From the human T2T-CHM13v2.0 reference genome, Homo sapiens: a stretch of DNA of 64,000 nt. The first letter of the stretch is position 1, and the number at the start of each line of letters is the position of its first letter. The stretch lies in assembly GCF_009914755.1 (NCBI RefSeq), contig NC_060925.1; one strand, given 5' to 3'. A program made the position numbers and the translations under genes. Under the pieces are notes generated by a model. That model ran no database searches. It saw nothing but the letters and a program-made list of their open reading frames with translations, and was not told the DNA's origin. Of this stretch, positions 24,894 through 38,184 are shown piece after piece.

Positions 24894-26859
24894 ACAAATG
24901 GAGTTTTCAAACTGTAAGCCATTCAGATGAGGCATCCTTGTTTGCAGTAAGACCAATGTCTGATTCTGCAGAGGCTCTGTAATTCACCACTGTGCCCAGC
25001 TGAAAAGGAATGGTGGATGCTTCTATGACCTTTATGAAGATAAATAAGGAAAGAAATGCCACAAGATATGTGAATCAATGCAACTGTCTCCATGTGTAAA
25101 ATGTTGCACATGGTTGGGGTGAGAATGGGGAAGGATTCTTGGCTTGGATGAATACATCTACTTCATACAAATTGAAGAATTGTTTTAACCGTGTTCAGCT
25201 CCAACCGAATGCCTCCACCTCAACTTAATGCAAGCATGGGATGTTTCTTACTCATCTGAAGTCAGAGTAGGTTCAAATAACAGACATTAAATCCCCACCC
25301 TGGAATCTGGAAGAGGTCACTGGGGCTAACTGAATACTCCATTGTTTTATTTTAAAATTCTGTGTGAAATGGCCACCGATAAAAAATGAGTTTTTCCTTA
25401 AAATGCTGACTGAATCTGTTTTGCAGGAAAAGGAATAGGCAGCAGACACAGTTGAAATGTCTCTGCTTGGGCATTCAGCTTCAGAGTGGAGAAGCTGAAT
25501 ATTTCATATTTAAAAGTTGAAATTAAACTTCCAACATCAGGTATCATATTTTAGAAGCCACTAGGGTAAGAGTCAGTCCCAGAAGAGCCTTGTTTATTAT
25601 TGTTTATTCTCATAAACATAGATCATTTTGAAGGAAATGTGAAAGAGCTGAAAGTAATAAGAAGTTGCTGCCAGATAAAAGCTGACCTTCAGAGTCTACA
25701 CAAGCAGTTTCTTCCAGGTTTCTTGTAACATGCAGCTCCTTTACATGGTGGGTGAAAATTTTGAGTTAGGAATGTGTTACGTTTTGCACAAGCTTTTGAA
25801 ATCTTAACTAAACACTAACTGAGGTCACCCCTAAAGAAACAAAAGTGTTTACCTAAATGCAATCTCACCTTCATATACACATCACACATTTGATTTCATA
25901 TTTTCTACACACATTTTAAATTCATTTGCTCTTTCTTTATACCATAATGTCTTTTCTTATGCTATTTTAGTTTCTCAACTATTGTTTATTCCACCCATTC
26001 AGCATGGTACATTTAAGCTTTTTATTTTTTTTAAAGACTATGCATTAACTTTTCTTTTTATAACCCCTGCACAGCTTTTTTTTAAAAAAAAAATTGTTGT
26101 AACATTTTGTACTACGCCATGGCACCAGGATTAATTGTGTCTTCAGTCATTATCTTGTCCTTGTTTTTTTTTCAGACCTGTGGCCTCTGAAATTTTTCAA
26201 AACAGCTCAGGGACTAAAAAGACATCTTCTTCACAATAGCATAAACTAATGCTCTGTAGACCCAACAATGGATGTTTATTGCACCTTACAAAACTACTTT
26301 AATTACCTTCAGATTACTGGTTTTATTCAAATAGATTCATTCTCATCTAAGGACGCCTGTGGACATTTACAAAAAGTCCTTACAATGTACTATTCTATGA
26401 AGAGCTATTATAATATTGTCCCTGGCTTATATTTTAAAAATGAAAAGGAGATGGATTCATATTAAATTTTTTAAAACCTTTAGGTATGAATATACCAGGG
26501 AGGTTTTATCACTGTATATTATATGAGTTGAAAGCCTGGCACCTTAAGATTTAATTTTCTCTCAGTGAGTCCTGGACCTGTTCCAGCACAGTAACTACAT
26601 TGTCATAATCAGGTTAATACATATCAGTCTGTTGAACATAATCAGGCCTCTAATTCATGCTGACACATTTATTTAGGCATAACATAATATATATGTATTT
26701 CTTTACCTTTGAAATAGGCACCAATTAAAAAGATAAAGCATTTGAGTCTATCTCCAAATTACTTTCTTGTATACTTCATTACTTGAGTACTCTCCATTAT
26801 CTCAAAAAAAAAGATTTCTTATTTTTAGTATATAAATAAAAATAATAATTTAGATACTA

Positions 26860-27060
26860 TGTATTAAATGCTTATAGTGTCAGATACTGTGCTAAGTGCT
26901 TCACTCGTATTGTCATTTAATCTTTATAACATCTCTAGGAAGTGTTTATATTGTTTCCATTCTACAGATAAGAAAATTGAGTCATAAAAAAGTTAAGTAA
27001 CTTGTAGATATTCCAAAGCAAGTGGTACAGCCAGAATTCAGACCCAGAACTCCAAAACCT
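26860..27060 (-). mobile_element. MIR
   Basis: 'actgtgctaagtgcttca...tcatttaatc...ccattctacagataagaaaattgag...gttaagtaacttg'. Confidence 0.8.
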
Positions 27061-27499
27061 TCTATGCACTTGACCATTTTTTAATTTTTTATCCACAAAT
27101 TCAATTATAATCTAATTTTATTATATTCAATATTAATATATTAAAATGACATCCAATATATGACACAATTTTACAACTGCAAATTTCTATTTTATAAAAA
27201 TAAGAAATATTGATAATGCTAAAAAATAGCTAACTTTCCTTATACCTCTAAAACTCTCTGAGTTTAATATTGTAGCTAAAAATAAATTTATGTGTGACCC
27301 AGTTCACTTAAGAGAATCTCTAGAGATATGTGGATCTGATGGTCTTTTTTGGTCACTACTCACTGTACCATGAACTAAAATAAATTTCACCATAGGCTTA
27401 GCCATTGAGAACCTGTGCTTGCCTTCAAAGCAGTATCTGTGTATGCATATGCTATATGGCATACATTTTTCATATAAACAATAAAAATGGCTGGTCAAA

Positions 27500-27685
27500 T
27501 AACTAGGAGGAGGATATTGAATGTTCCCAGCACAAAGAAATGATAAATGTTTGAGATGATGGATATGCTAATTACTTTGATCAGATCACTATATATTGTA
27601 TGTATCAAAGCATCACAATACATCCCATAAATCTGTACAATTATTATATGTCAATTTTTTAAATTAGGATTTATAAAAAAAAAAG
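27500..27685 (+). mobile_element. L1MA 3' end
   Basis: 'aatgttcccagcacaaagaaatgataaatgtttgagatgatggatatgctaattac' followed by A-rich tail. Confidence 0.88.
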
Positions 27686-29093
27686 AAGAAGAAGAAGATT
27701 GGGACACGTGAAAATGTGCCCCTCAGAGGAAAATTATTATTAAAGATTGTCATTTTGCACTGGCTTTCTACCTTTTAAAAAGGTGGCAAATCAATGGAGA
27801 TGGGAAGCTCTTAAGGTCAAACGGTCAAATTGGTTTTGTCTCTGAACACAATCCACACAGTTCCCTTGCAAAGGTTTCATTATAAAACATAAGGAATTCA
27901 AGACACTGTTAATGTATTAAAATATAAAACTGTTCAAATGTGTTTTCATAAGAGCTTACCTGAATTTGGTTTTCAGGTATTTGGAGTCACATCCAAAATT
28001 TCCTGGGTTGTTTAATCAATTGTCTCTTCCTTCCCCTCTGCATTATCCTCCCCGATAGAAATTTGATTCTAAAACTAGGCCTTTTCATTGATGATAAATG
28101 GTTTCAAAGTTAGTTGGAGGAAAATCATGAAGTCAGGTTGCTTTGTGTTTGGCCTCCCCTCCCTTCTTAAGCTTTCCAGCTACATTTGCTCTAAGCTTCT
28201 CTCTTCCTTCAGCACTTTTTTCACACCCGGCTGTCCTGGATTATTTTAGCCCCATCCCTTCATTGGTAGAGAAAGGCAACATAGTAAACGAACTCATAAC
28301 GTGATTGCTAGTCTAAGACAATGCATCAATTTGGGGAGAATTTTAGGCACCAAGGCTCTGAACATGGAGGTATTTGGGGTTAAAGGAGCCTCAAATCAAG
28401 ATAGTCTCTACCAACCTCTTAATATCATTCCTGCTGAGATCAATCTACTGGTGAATAAGTTGAATCCATATCTATTGACCTCCCTTAAAGTAGAAGAGGA
28501 AAAAAAACTTGCCTTCAATATTTCAACTACAAATCGAAGTCAAGGGAATTTGCAGAAAGTATAAGTAGTCCTTAGTTGGCCTTCATTCTAAAGTAAGAAA
28601 CTCACCAAAAGTAAAAGCAAAACTAACGAATCCCATTGCAATGTTTGGCAGCCTTCAAGAAGGCATCAGGAGAACCAGATGTCTCCCTAGGTATAGCTCA
28701 CATTCCTACCATGAACTTCTAAGACGGAAGTCTTCAAACAGGAGTACAAGCACTCCCCAATGGAAGGCACTTTTATTGCAGTGATTAATAAAAAGCTTTC
28801 AAGCATAAAGGATCAAAGATGAATTTAAGTGAAAAGAGAAATAATGTTGTTTCAACTATAAAAGAAGAGCTTTTTCATGAATTTTTTTAAATGGATGATA
28901 ATGAGTAACAAATTGCTTTGATATTTAGATTTCCACAGGACATGTTTAAAAGAATAATGTTGCAGTTTCTTTGAGTTTTAAGGTAAGCAGTTTCCAGACC
29001 CACACATTTCACACACACTCTCCAAAACTGCTCTGCTTAAGAGCAAGCCATGGCCAGTGTATCACACCTATTCTCATTTCCCACTTCCTTGTA

Positions 29094-29184
29094 TTAGGTT
29101 GGTGCAAATGTAATTGCTGTTTTTGTCATTAAAATGCCATTACTTTTAATGGCAAAAACTGCAATTACGTTTGCGTCAACCTAA
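29094..29184. mobile_element. Complete MADE1 with TA TSD and ~10-nt central duplication
   Basis: ta|ttaggttggtgcaaatgtaattgc...gcaattacgtttgcgtcaacctaa|ta. Confidence 0.97.
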
Positions 29185-29914
29185 TACAATTGTCTTTTGC
29201 CCTCTTTACAAAAGAAAGGCCTACCTCTTACTCATTCTGAATCTTATTATGGTGCATTGCCTTTAAAAAGTGTAATCTTTGCGGTGGCAGAGGGACAATT
29301 TGAGATATTGGTGTCCAGTAAATTTCTGTTTCTGTTAATCAAGATATTGGCCTGCTTTACAGTTGATGTTTTACATATTTTCAAAGTGGTGAAAAGTTTC
29401 ACAATGACCTCTGACAGCTTAACACTACATCTTGCATAGAAGAAACACATGTCAGGATTCCATTTTCTTGCAGTGTATTCAAATTCATGAAACACTGTCA
29501 TTACTTTTCCAAATGAATGTTGAACAGAATAGAGGTATACTCAATTTTTTCTTAGACAAGGCTCTAGCTTGTTCTCAACCATTTCTCTAATCATATATTT
29601 ATTCCCCCAATGCACTTATTTAATTTAAATTAACTCAACAGGAAGATGTTGTGGATCCAAATACTAAAAGCACTGATTAATACAGCTTTTTTAAGCACTA
29701 CACCAAAAACTTCTCTTTCTTTAATGTTAATTTTTCTTGAATTTTGTCTCATTCAGCAAATGTGACATTTATCCATAGACACATGAACTAATTGAAGGAA
29801 AAAACAGGCACATCCATCTTCTGAAGAGATAATTTCAATAAAAATTTGCTCTTTGTGATTAATAATTATCAAAATGTGAGATGTATTTATTCTGTTTTTT
29901 TCACAATACTCTCA

Positions 29915-30170
29915 TTTTGTTAAATTTTTATGAATACATAATAGTTGTACATATGTGTCGGGTACCTGTGATATTCTGATACATACATACAACATGTAAT
30001 TATTAAATCTGGGTAATTGGGATATCCATCACCTCAAACATTTACCATTTCTTTTTGTTGGGAACATTTCAAGATTTTGCTTCTAGCTATTGTGAAATAC
30101 ACAATAAGCTATTGTTAACTATAGTTGCCTTGTTGTGCTGCCAAACACTAGATCTTATTCTATTTAACTC
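29915..30170 (-). mobile_element. L1MA 3'UTR
   Basis: 'atagttgtacatat...gggtacctgtgatatt...gggatatccatcacctcaaacattt...ttgggaacatt'. Confidence 0.85.
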
Positions 30171-30647
30171 CTGTTGATCAATTTGATCAATGATGCATCA
30201 ATAATAATGTAGTGATCATTCAAACCAAAGAATGTCTCTAACATCAGCCTTCTAAAATATTTACCATTTTTAAAATTCAAGGAAAACTTTTTAAATATTT
30301 ATTAATTCATTTAAAAATAACAATAAACTCATTCATATTAATATAAATTTTTTCTATGAAAAATAATGACATTTTTAAAACCAAAACAAGTTAGAAAGAA
30401 GAGTGACAATATTTTAAATTTTTTGTGAATGTCTTTAATGCATCTGGCTTAGAAGACTGCTGCATTCTTATATCTGCTTCTGCATTTAACCCATTGTGAT
30501 AAGCCATTTGGTTGAAGTATATAAAGAAAATCTAGCTCCTCAAAAATGTTAATAAATAGCTGGAAAAGGGAGGAGCATTTTAATAGCCTTTTCATATCAT
30601 TGCAGATATTCTTCTCTGACACAACAAAAAACTCAACAAGTGGTAAA

Positions 30648-30852
30648 AAAGTAGAATATTAGACATTGGACACTACAAAAGGTGGGTGGGTTGAGGGTGG
30701 CTGAGGGTTGAAAAATTACTTGTTGAGTACAATGTTCACTATCTGGGCGGTGGATACACTAAAGGTCCGGACTTCACCACTACACAATGTATGCATGTAA
30801 GAAATGTGCACTTGTACCCTCTAAATATATAAAAAATAAAATAAAAAATAAT
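30648..30852 (+). mobile_element. L1MA1-like 3' end nested in Charlie1
   Basis: 'gagggttgaaaaattac...gtacaatgttcactat...gacttcaccactacacaat...gcacttgtaccc' followed by A-tail. Confidence 0.88.
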
Positions 30853-30922
30853 ATCTTAAAGGTTATTTGCAATGTGGAATCTGAAGCTATATCAATGAAG
30901 TTTTTACACTCTGTAACATTAA

Positions 30923-31250
<328 letters not shown>

Positions 31251-31799
31251 TGTCTTGTGCTTTAAATGAATGCTTTGAAAAGCCTATGCATAATTTTGTA
31301 ACATCATGTATTGACCTTTGGAAAATATGAGTTCACTCAGTTAAGTAGATCTTTCAAATGTTGACACATTTGATTACACAATATCAAAAATTCACATTTG
31401 TTATCACCACTACTTTCATCAGAAAAGTCTTGAAGTATTGGGAAACTGCCATGTTTCCAGTGACAAATACAAATTTTCCAAAATTTAAGTTTTAAGTGAA
31501 AGCTTGAATTGTACCGCCAATAACAAATACTGTCATTTGTTTTTCTTAACAGATTCACTTGGTTCATTTTTGAAAAACTGTTTACCAAAAATCCAAGTCT
31601 AAATAATAGTAGTTTGTCTGTCAATAGTTTCTTCAGGTAAAGATGGGGCTCCATGAAGAAGGAAAAAAAAAAAAAACTAGGTAGTTCAGCTTTAACTGAA
31701 ACAATTGCGCAAACACTTTTCCTTAAAATAACTGTGTATTTCCCAAGTTGCCACAAAGAATATCAGAAAGATATACACTTAAGGGCCAAGATTTAATAA

Positions 31800-31924
31800 A
31801 ATTAAAGAACGTTCTGTTCTTTAATTAACGTTCTGTTCAACTCTTTAATTAACGTTCTGTTCTTTAACTGTTCTTTAACTGTTTAATTAACATTCTGTTC
31901 TTTACTTTAACATTCTGTTCAACT
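31800..31924. repeat. Irregular micro-repeat array of aac(g/a)ttctgttc / ttaatt modules
   Basis: Five copies of aacRttctgttc at 31808, 31827, 31851, 31889, 31909 with variable linkers. Confidence 0.93.
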
Positions 31925-32254
31925 GAAGATTTTTTAAAGCCAGTGCAGCTGGCTTTAAAAAAAAAATAACCATTGCTCAGTAGTGAAGTATATATTGATT
32001 AATAACTGGCACAGTTGAGTGCCACTGTCTTGATTCATGTGAAGACACCAGCAGTTTTATTCGCCATTGCTTTTGCATCATCATTACAAATACCAATCCC
32101 ATGAAAAAAAGGCAAATAGCTACCTAGCTTATTACTACTATAAAAATAACATTGACCTGGAAGATCACCTGAGGGGGTCTCAAGAATCCCAGAGGTCCAT
32201 GGACCACATTTCAAGAACCATTTGGACTAAGATATTTGAAGGTATTTTTCTATG

Positions 32255-32800
32255 ACAAATTATAATCCTATATAATTGTTAGGTACACAGTGAAGTTATG
32301 ATATATGTATACAGTGTGGAATGATTGAATAAAGCTAACTAAAATATTCATCACCTTAAGTATTTATCATTTATTCCTCCTGTCTGACTGAAATTTTGTA
32401 CCCTTTGACAAACATCTCCCTATTTCTCCCATCCCCCAGCCTCTGGTAACCACCATTCTACCCTCTGCTTCCATGAATTCAATTGTTTTAGATTCCACAT
32501 ATAAGTAAAAACATGTGTCTTTTGTTTTTCTATGCCTCGCTTATTTCACGTAGTGTGATGTCCTCCAGGTTCATCTGCATTGTAAATGATAAGAGTTCTT
32601 CTTTTTTAAGGCTGAATAGTATTCCATTTTGTATTTATACCAATCCATTTTTATCCATCCATCCTTTGATGGACACTTAGATTGATTCCATATTTGGGCT
32701 ATTTTAAATAATGCAATCAACGGGAGAGTACAGGTGTCTTTTCAACATACTGATTTCAAGTCCTTAGGATATACGCCCAGAAGTGGAATTGCTGGATGGA
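32255..32800 (-). mobile_element. L1MA (MA8-10-like) 3' region
   Basis: 'ccctttgacaaacatctccc...cctctggtaaccaccattctac', 'ggctgaatagtattccatt', 'cccagaagtggaattgctggat'. Confidence 0.9.
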
Positions 32801-33601
32801 GCTAACTATTTTGATTCCACTGGATACATTTAAGATAATCTAACCCATTTACTTTAAAATGTTTAACATTTGTAATGAATCAGAAATTACTACTATTCTA
32901 CTTTTTACATTAATACAAAACAAAATTATAGATTTCAACCTAAATAATATGTATAATGGACTACCTAGTTTTTCAAAGTTTTTTTTTTTTTTATGGAAGA
33001 TATAAACTAAATTTTTGAAGCCCATTGCTCCAAACCCAGGCAAGCAAACTATAGGAAATAGAGCTGTGTTGATTTTACTCTTGCCTGGCTTTTATCTCAA
33101 TGATAGTTTTCCAACCAAAAAAAAAAAAAAAAACAGTTCATCAGAGAGTTCAGAAATATGAAAGTGTCTTTGTCTTCAACTCTCTGTAAATTCCCATTCT
33201 TTTAAATTTAAAAATAGCACATTGAAATTCTTTAAAACAGCAGTAAATCTCATAACTCTACTGCCTTAATACAATCCTTATTTTCAGACATTATTCACAA
33301 TAAGCACCCACATTTTACTTAGATGAAATCATGATGTACAGAACCATTCTGAAATTAAAGACATTGTTTAAATGAAGCACAAAGTGTAAAGAAAATGCCA
33401 CCATGAGACATACCCTGTTGACACTTCATTTTATTTTCTACCAGTCTTCTCTATGTAGCCACATATTTTATCTAGACAAGCATACAAACATCCACAATTA
33501 GTATCATTTTGTGTCTATGTTTGTTTTAGGTTTCATTTCTTTTAACTTTATAGGTAACTATTTTTCATCTGTTTAAATACAGTTCAAAAACATTAATGGC
33601 T

Positions 33602-33946
<345 letters not shown>

Positions 33947-34815
33947 CTATTTTCATGCCATGTTACCACCAGAGAGACTGCGCCAATTTACTTCCCCACA
34001 AGCAGTACAAAATGACATCTTTCCAAATGTTTGCTACCACAAAGTATTCTCTTTTTCCTAGTATTTGGTAAGTTGGTAAGTAGAAAGAGTTATATTGTGG
34101 CTGTTTGAGTTTACAATTCTTTGTGCTGAATGTTTTTCCCTAATTTACTTTCCTGTCAATATCTTCTACTGGTCTTGTCTAACCCTACCTTTGCCCACTT
34201 TCTTTTTTCCTTTTAGCATTTTGATGTTTCTGCTAATTCACTTTCATGAGGTCTTTTTATGTTTTATATATTAGCCCTTGTTCTGTCCAACACAGATGAT
34301 AAATTTCTTACTTTTTGGCTTTTTAATTTGTTTTCAAGAATGATGCATTTTTATTTCCACTAAGTAAAATCTAGCCATTTTTACTCATTATTTACCCTTA
34401 TGTTATTTGGACCCATTGATCAGGCTGGTGATTCTGACACCAGAACCACATAATTGTTATTATCTAGTACGAAATGTTCTACCTCATATTCCTCTTTTTC
34501 AAATTTTCATGCCTGTCTTCACTTGTTTACCTTTTTCCAGTGAAATCAAGAATCATTTAGACAGGTTAGAAAAAAAATGAAATTTGAATTGTAATTAAAA
34601 TTAACCTAAAATTAATTTTTAAATACATAGTTTTATAATATTTGGTCTTCCTAGCCAACAAAACGATAGTGTTCCTACTTATTTGTTTTTATTTATATTC
34701 CTCTGGAAAGTTGTAGTCTTCAGATGCATCCTACATTTCTTGTTAAAGTTATTCTTAGGTATTTAATTGTTGTATCTAATGGGAAGATCTTTTATTCATC
34801 ATTTTCTAGCTGATT

Positions 34816-35103
34816 TTTTTTCCTTAAGACAGAGTCTCACTCTGTTGCCCAGGCTTGAGTACAGTACAGTGGCTCAATCTCAGCTCACTACAACCTCAGT
34901 CTCCTGGGTTCATGCAATTCTCATGCCTCAGCCTGCCAAGTAACTGGGACTACAGATGTGCACCACCACACCCAGCTAATTTTTGTAGAGATGGGGTTTC
35001 ACCATGTTGCCCAGGCTGATCTTGAACTCCTGACCTCAGGTGATCTGCCCACCTCGGCCTCCTAAAATGCTGGGGATAAAGGCATGAGCCACCATGCCTG
35101 ACC
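34816..35103 (-). mobile_element. AluS/J with shortened linker
   Basis: TSD tttctagctgatt on both sides. Confidence 0.95.
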
Positions 35104-36021
35104 TTTCTAGCTGATTATACAAGTCGCTAAGAAAGCTACCAGTTCAGGTAATTAGCCAATTAGCCACGTTACTACTAGTTTTTCCTAATAGCTTTTTCAG
35201 TTTATTTTCTTAGATATTTTTGGAAGGGCTACAAAAATAAACTGCACCCAAGTAAGTGTAATTTTTTCTTCTTGTTTAATAGCTAATAATTCTTGCTTCA
35301 TGTCTTTTGAGATTAATAGAATTTCTAGAATAATGTTAAAGAATGACAGTAATAACTGTCAACCTTGTCTTGTTCCTAATTTTAGAAGAAATCACTCTAA
35401 TTTTTCTTTGTCAGGTATTATATTGACTCTTGGTTCCAGATATTTTATTTCAATCAGGGAAAAGAAGAATACTTCTGATAATAGTTTACCATTAATTGCT
35501 ACAAAGAATCTATATAAAATGTGATTGATACTACTTTGGCATCTTTGTGGTTTTTTTACATATTGATGACATGTTATACACTCTCTAATAATAAATATAA
35601 ATTCTCCCTAACTGGTGTAGATCAGTTGTTTTTGTTGTTGCTGCTGTGTGCTAGCATGACTTTGAAGTTCTATTCCTATCTATTTTCAAAACTAAAATTG
35701 ACTAAATAGGTTGTCATTTTCCTTTTTTGGTGTCCTCTTTGAAAAGCTTCATATCAGGGTTATATTTTTAAATATAAGCTTTCCAAAGGTGTTTATGCAG
35801 AATTCTTTGAAAAAAATTAACAAGTTACTTAAAAAAAAGAACCCGTAACATTTTTATGCAAAATATTAATAATGTTTTTAATTTCTCCTGTTATTAGTCT
35901 AATAAAGTCTTTTATCTCTTGATTACATTTTCATAACATATGAGAATTTTTTCTATTTTACTTTCAGATGGATTATCATAAAGTTATCTGCAGTATTCAA
36001 TTATAAATAGTCTTTTAGCAC

Positions 36022-36024
<3 letters not shown>

Positions 36025-36065
<41 letters not shown>
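36025..36065. repeat. (TA)~20 microsatellite
   Basis: Direct reading. Confidence 0.97.
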
Positions 36066-36067
<2 letters not shown>

Positions 36068-36239
36068 TAAATATGTGTGTGTGTTTAATTTTCAAGTTTG
36101 GTTTGCTTAAAACTATGTTATTACTGTTAGGTTTCACTGCATTATTGTCTAAGATTATGGCCTACGGTCCACATGACACCTGCTTTGTGTACTCTATTTA
36201 GATTTTTTTGTAACTTGGTATATGATCAATCTTTTAAAA

Positions 36240-36589
36240 CAGGCGTTCCCAACCCCCAGGCAGTGGACCAGTATTGGTCCGTGGCCTGTTAGCAACTGGG
36301 CTGCACAGCAGGAGGTGAGCGGCAGGCAAGGAGCATTAGCGCATGAGCTCCGCCTCCTGCCAGATCAGCCACAGAAATTAGATTCTCATAGGAGGGTGAA
36401 CCATATTGTGAACTGAGCATGCGAGGGATCTAGGGTGCATGCTTCTTATGAGAATCTAGTGTCTGATGATCTGAGGTGAAACAGTTTCATCCCAAAAACA
36501 TCTCTGCCCCATCCCCGCCAACCCCTATCTGTAGAAAAATTGTCTTCCACGAAACCGGTCCCTGTAGCCAAAAACATTGGGTACTGCTG
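36240..36589 (+). mobile_element. MER1B (hAT-Charlie)
   Basis: 'caggcgttcccaacccc...gcacagcaggaggtgagcggc...ttagattctcatagg...tcttccacgaaaccggtccctg...actgctg'; flanks tttaaaa-like. Confidence 0.93.
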
Positions 36590-37903
36590 TTTAAAATATT
36601 CCCTGGACACTTAAAAATATATTCTCTATTGGTAGTATTTTTTCTAAAGTTCAGCTTAGTTCAATTGCAGTGATTATAGCTACTTGAGTCATCTAAAGCT
36701 GAGAGAAGTAAAGCCTCCAAAAATAATGTTTCTTATACTTAATTTTTCCTATATTTTGAACCCCAAAATGTGTCATGCTTGTGAAGTTTCTATTTTAGCA
36801 ATAAATATTGATCTTCTTTGTCCTACTCAATTCTACTTGTCTTGTATTTTAATAAATTCAAAGTTATCACTGCCACCTCTTTCTTTTTGTAATCTTTTTT
36901 TATCCTTTAAATAAAACCTCTTTGGAGGGCATATAAGTAATATATTCTTAGATCTAGTGTTTTAACACAATCTGAAAAAAATTTTACCTATTAATTTGAA
37001 ATTATAATTGATCTATTTTATTAGCATAATACTTGCTTTTGCATCTATATTTATGCATCCTTGACATTTTTCCCTAACTTTTGTATCTCCCTCAAATAAG
37101 TTTTTAACGTGCTTTTACCAGTAGACTCATTTCTTCCATCTCACACCTCCATGAGTTACCAGATTACTGCCATGGAATAATCTTTACATTTTATATCTTT
37201 CTTAAAAGTTAGATTTGTATTGGCCTTGATTGAGCTTTATCCCAAAATTTAAAAGTATTTATTCTCAATTCTATATCTAAATATCTTTGAGATTCACTGC
37301 CTTCCTTTTATAGCACAAAGTCTCCATCTTTAAAGTCTTCATTTTGCTTCATCTATCTGGTGACCGATGTAAGCAGTTGTTTTCAAGATAGGCACAGGAG
37401 TGGTAAAATTTGGAGCACTTAAGCATGTATACTTGTCTGGGTATAAAATTCGAGCATCAGAGTCTTTTTCCCTCAGAACTGTGGATGCTATTACACTGTC
37501 TTCTGATCTTTGATACTAAAGAAAAGAAGACTGAAATCACTCTGATTTTTATACTTCACCTTTTTCTCCTTATATACATATAAAGTACTTTTTGTCTAAT
37601 CTTTTAATTAAAGAAAAAGTTATTTGCTAAAATATGTTCACATAACTGGTCTTTCTTAGTACGTCTTAGACATATTTAAATAATCTGTTTTCACTGGAAA
37701 TACTTCTTGGCTTTCATCTCTAGACATCGCCCTTCACACCTCTTTTCTCTCTCATCATTTTCAACCCTTTGCCTCTTACCCCGTATTATGGGCGTTCACT
37801 CTGTTCATCGTCAATGAAGTTTTCAGCTGCGTCCTTCTAATATCTATCACATACACCTTGAATAGTAATCGTGTGATAGAGACTTTAAATCCATGCAAAC
37901 TTT

Positions 37904-37962
37904 CTTTCTCTTACCTGGCTGCTTTTTACTTTCTACTTTCTCTTACCTTGCTGCTTTCTACT
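37904..37962. repeat. 32-bp period tandem duplication
   Basis: ctttctcttacctggctgctttttact / ctttctcttaccttgctgctttctact. Confidence 0.85.
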
Positions 37963-38157
37963 ACATTTTTGGTGTTCCATTTCTGCTTCTTTTTTTCTTA
38001 AGCTTTCTGCTATAGTTTCACAGAGTTCATGCCTAATTGAATTTTAGTGAAGATGCCCCAGGATTTAAATTTTTTTTCTTCTGATTCACTCTTCCTTTTA
38101 GTCATTGATATTTTATGCATACACTTAGATATATATATACTCATAGAGATACAGATT

Positions 38158-38184
38158 TATATATATATATATATATATATATAC
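38158..38184. repeat. (TA)n microsatellite in a TA/CA-rich patch
   Basis: Direct reading. Confidence 0.9.

Noticed and set aside
31800-31924. CRISPR-like repeat-spacer array
   Set aside because: Repeats are 12 nt, linkers are short and made of repeat fragments, no cas genes are present, and the context is primate DNA.
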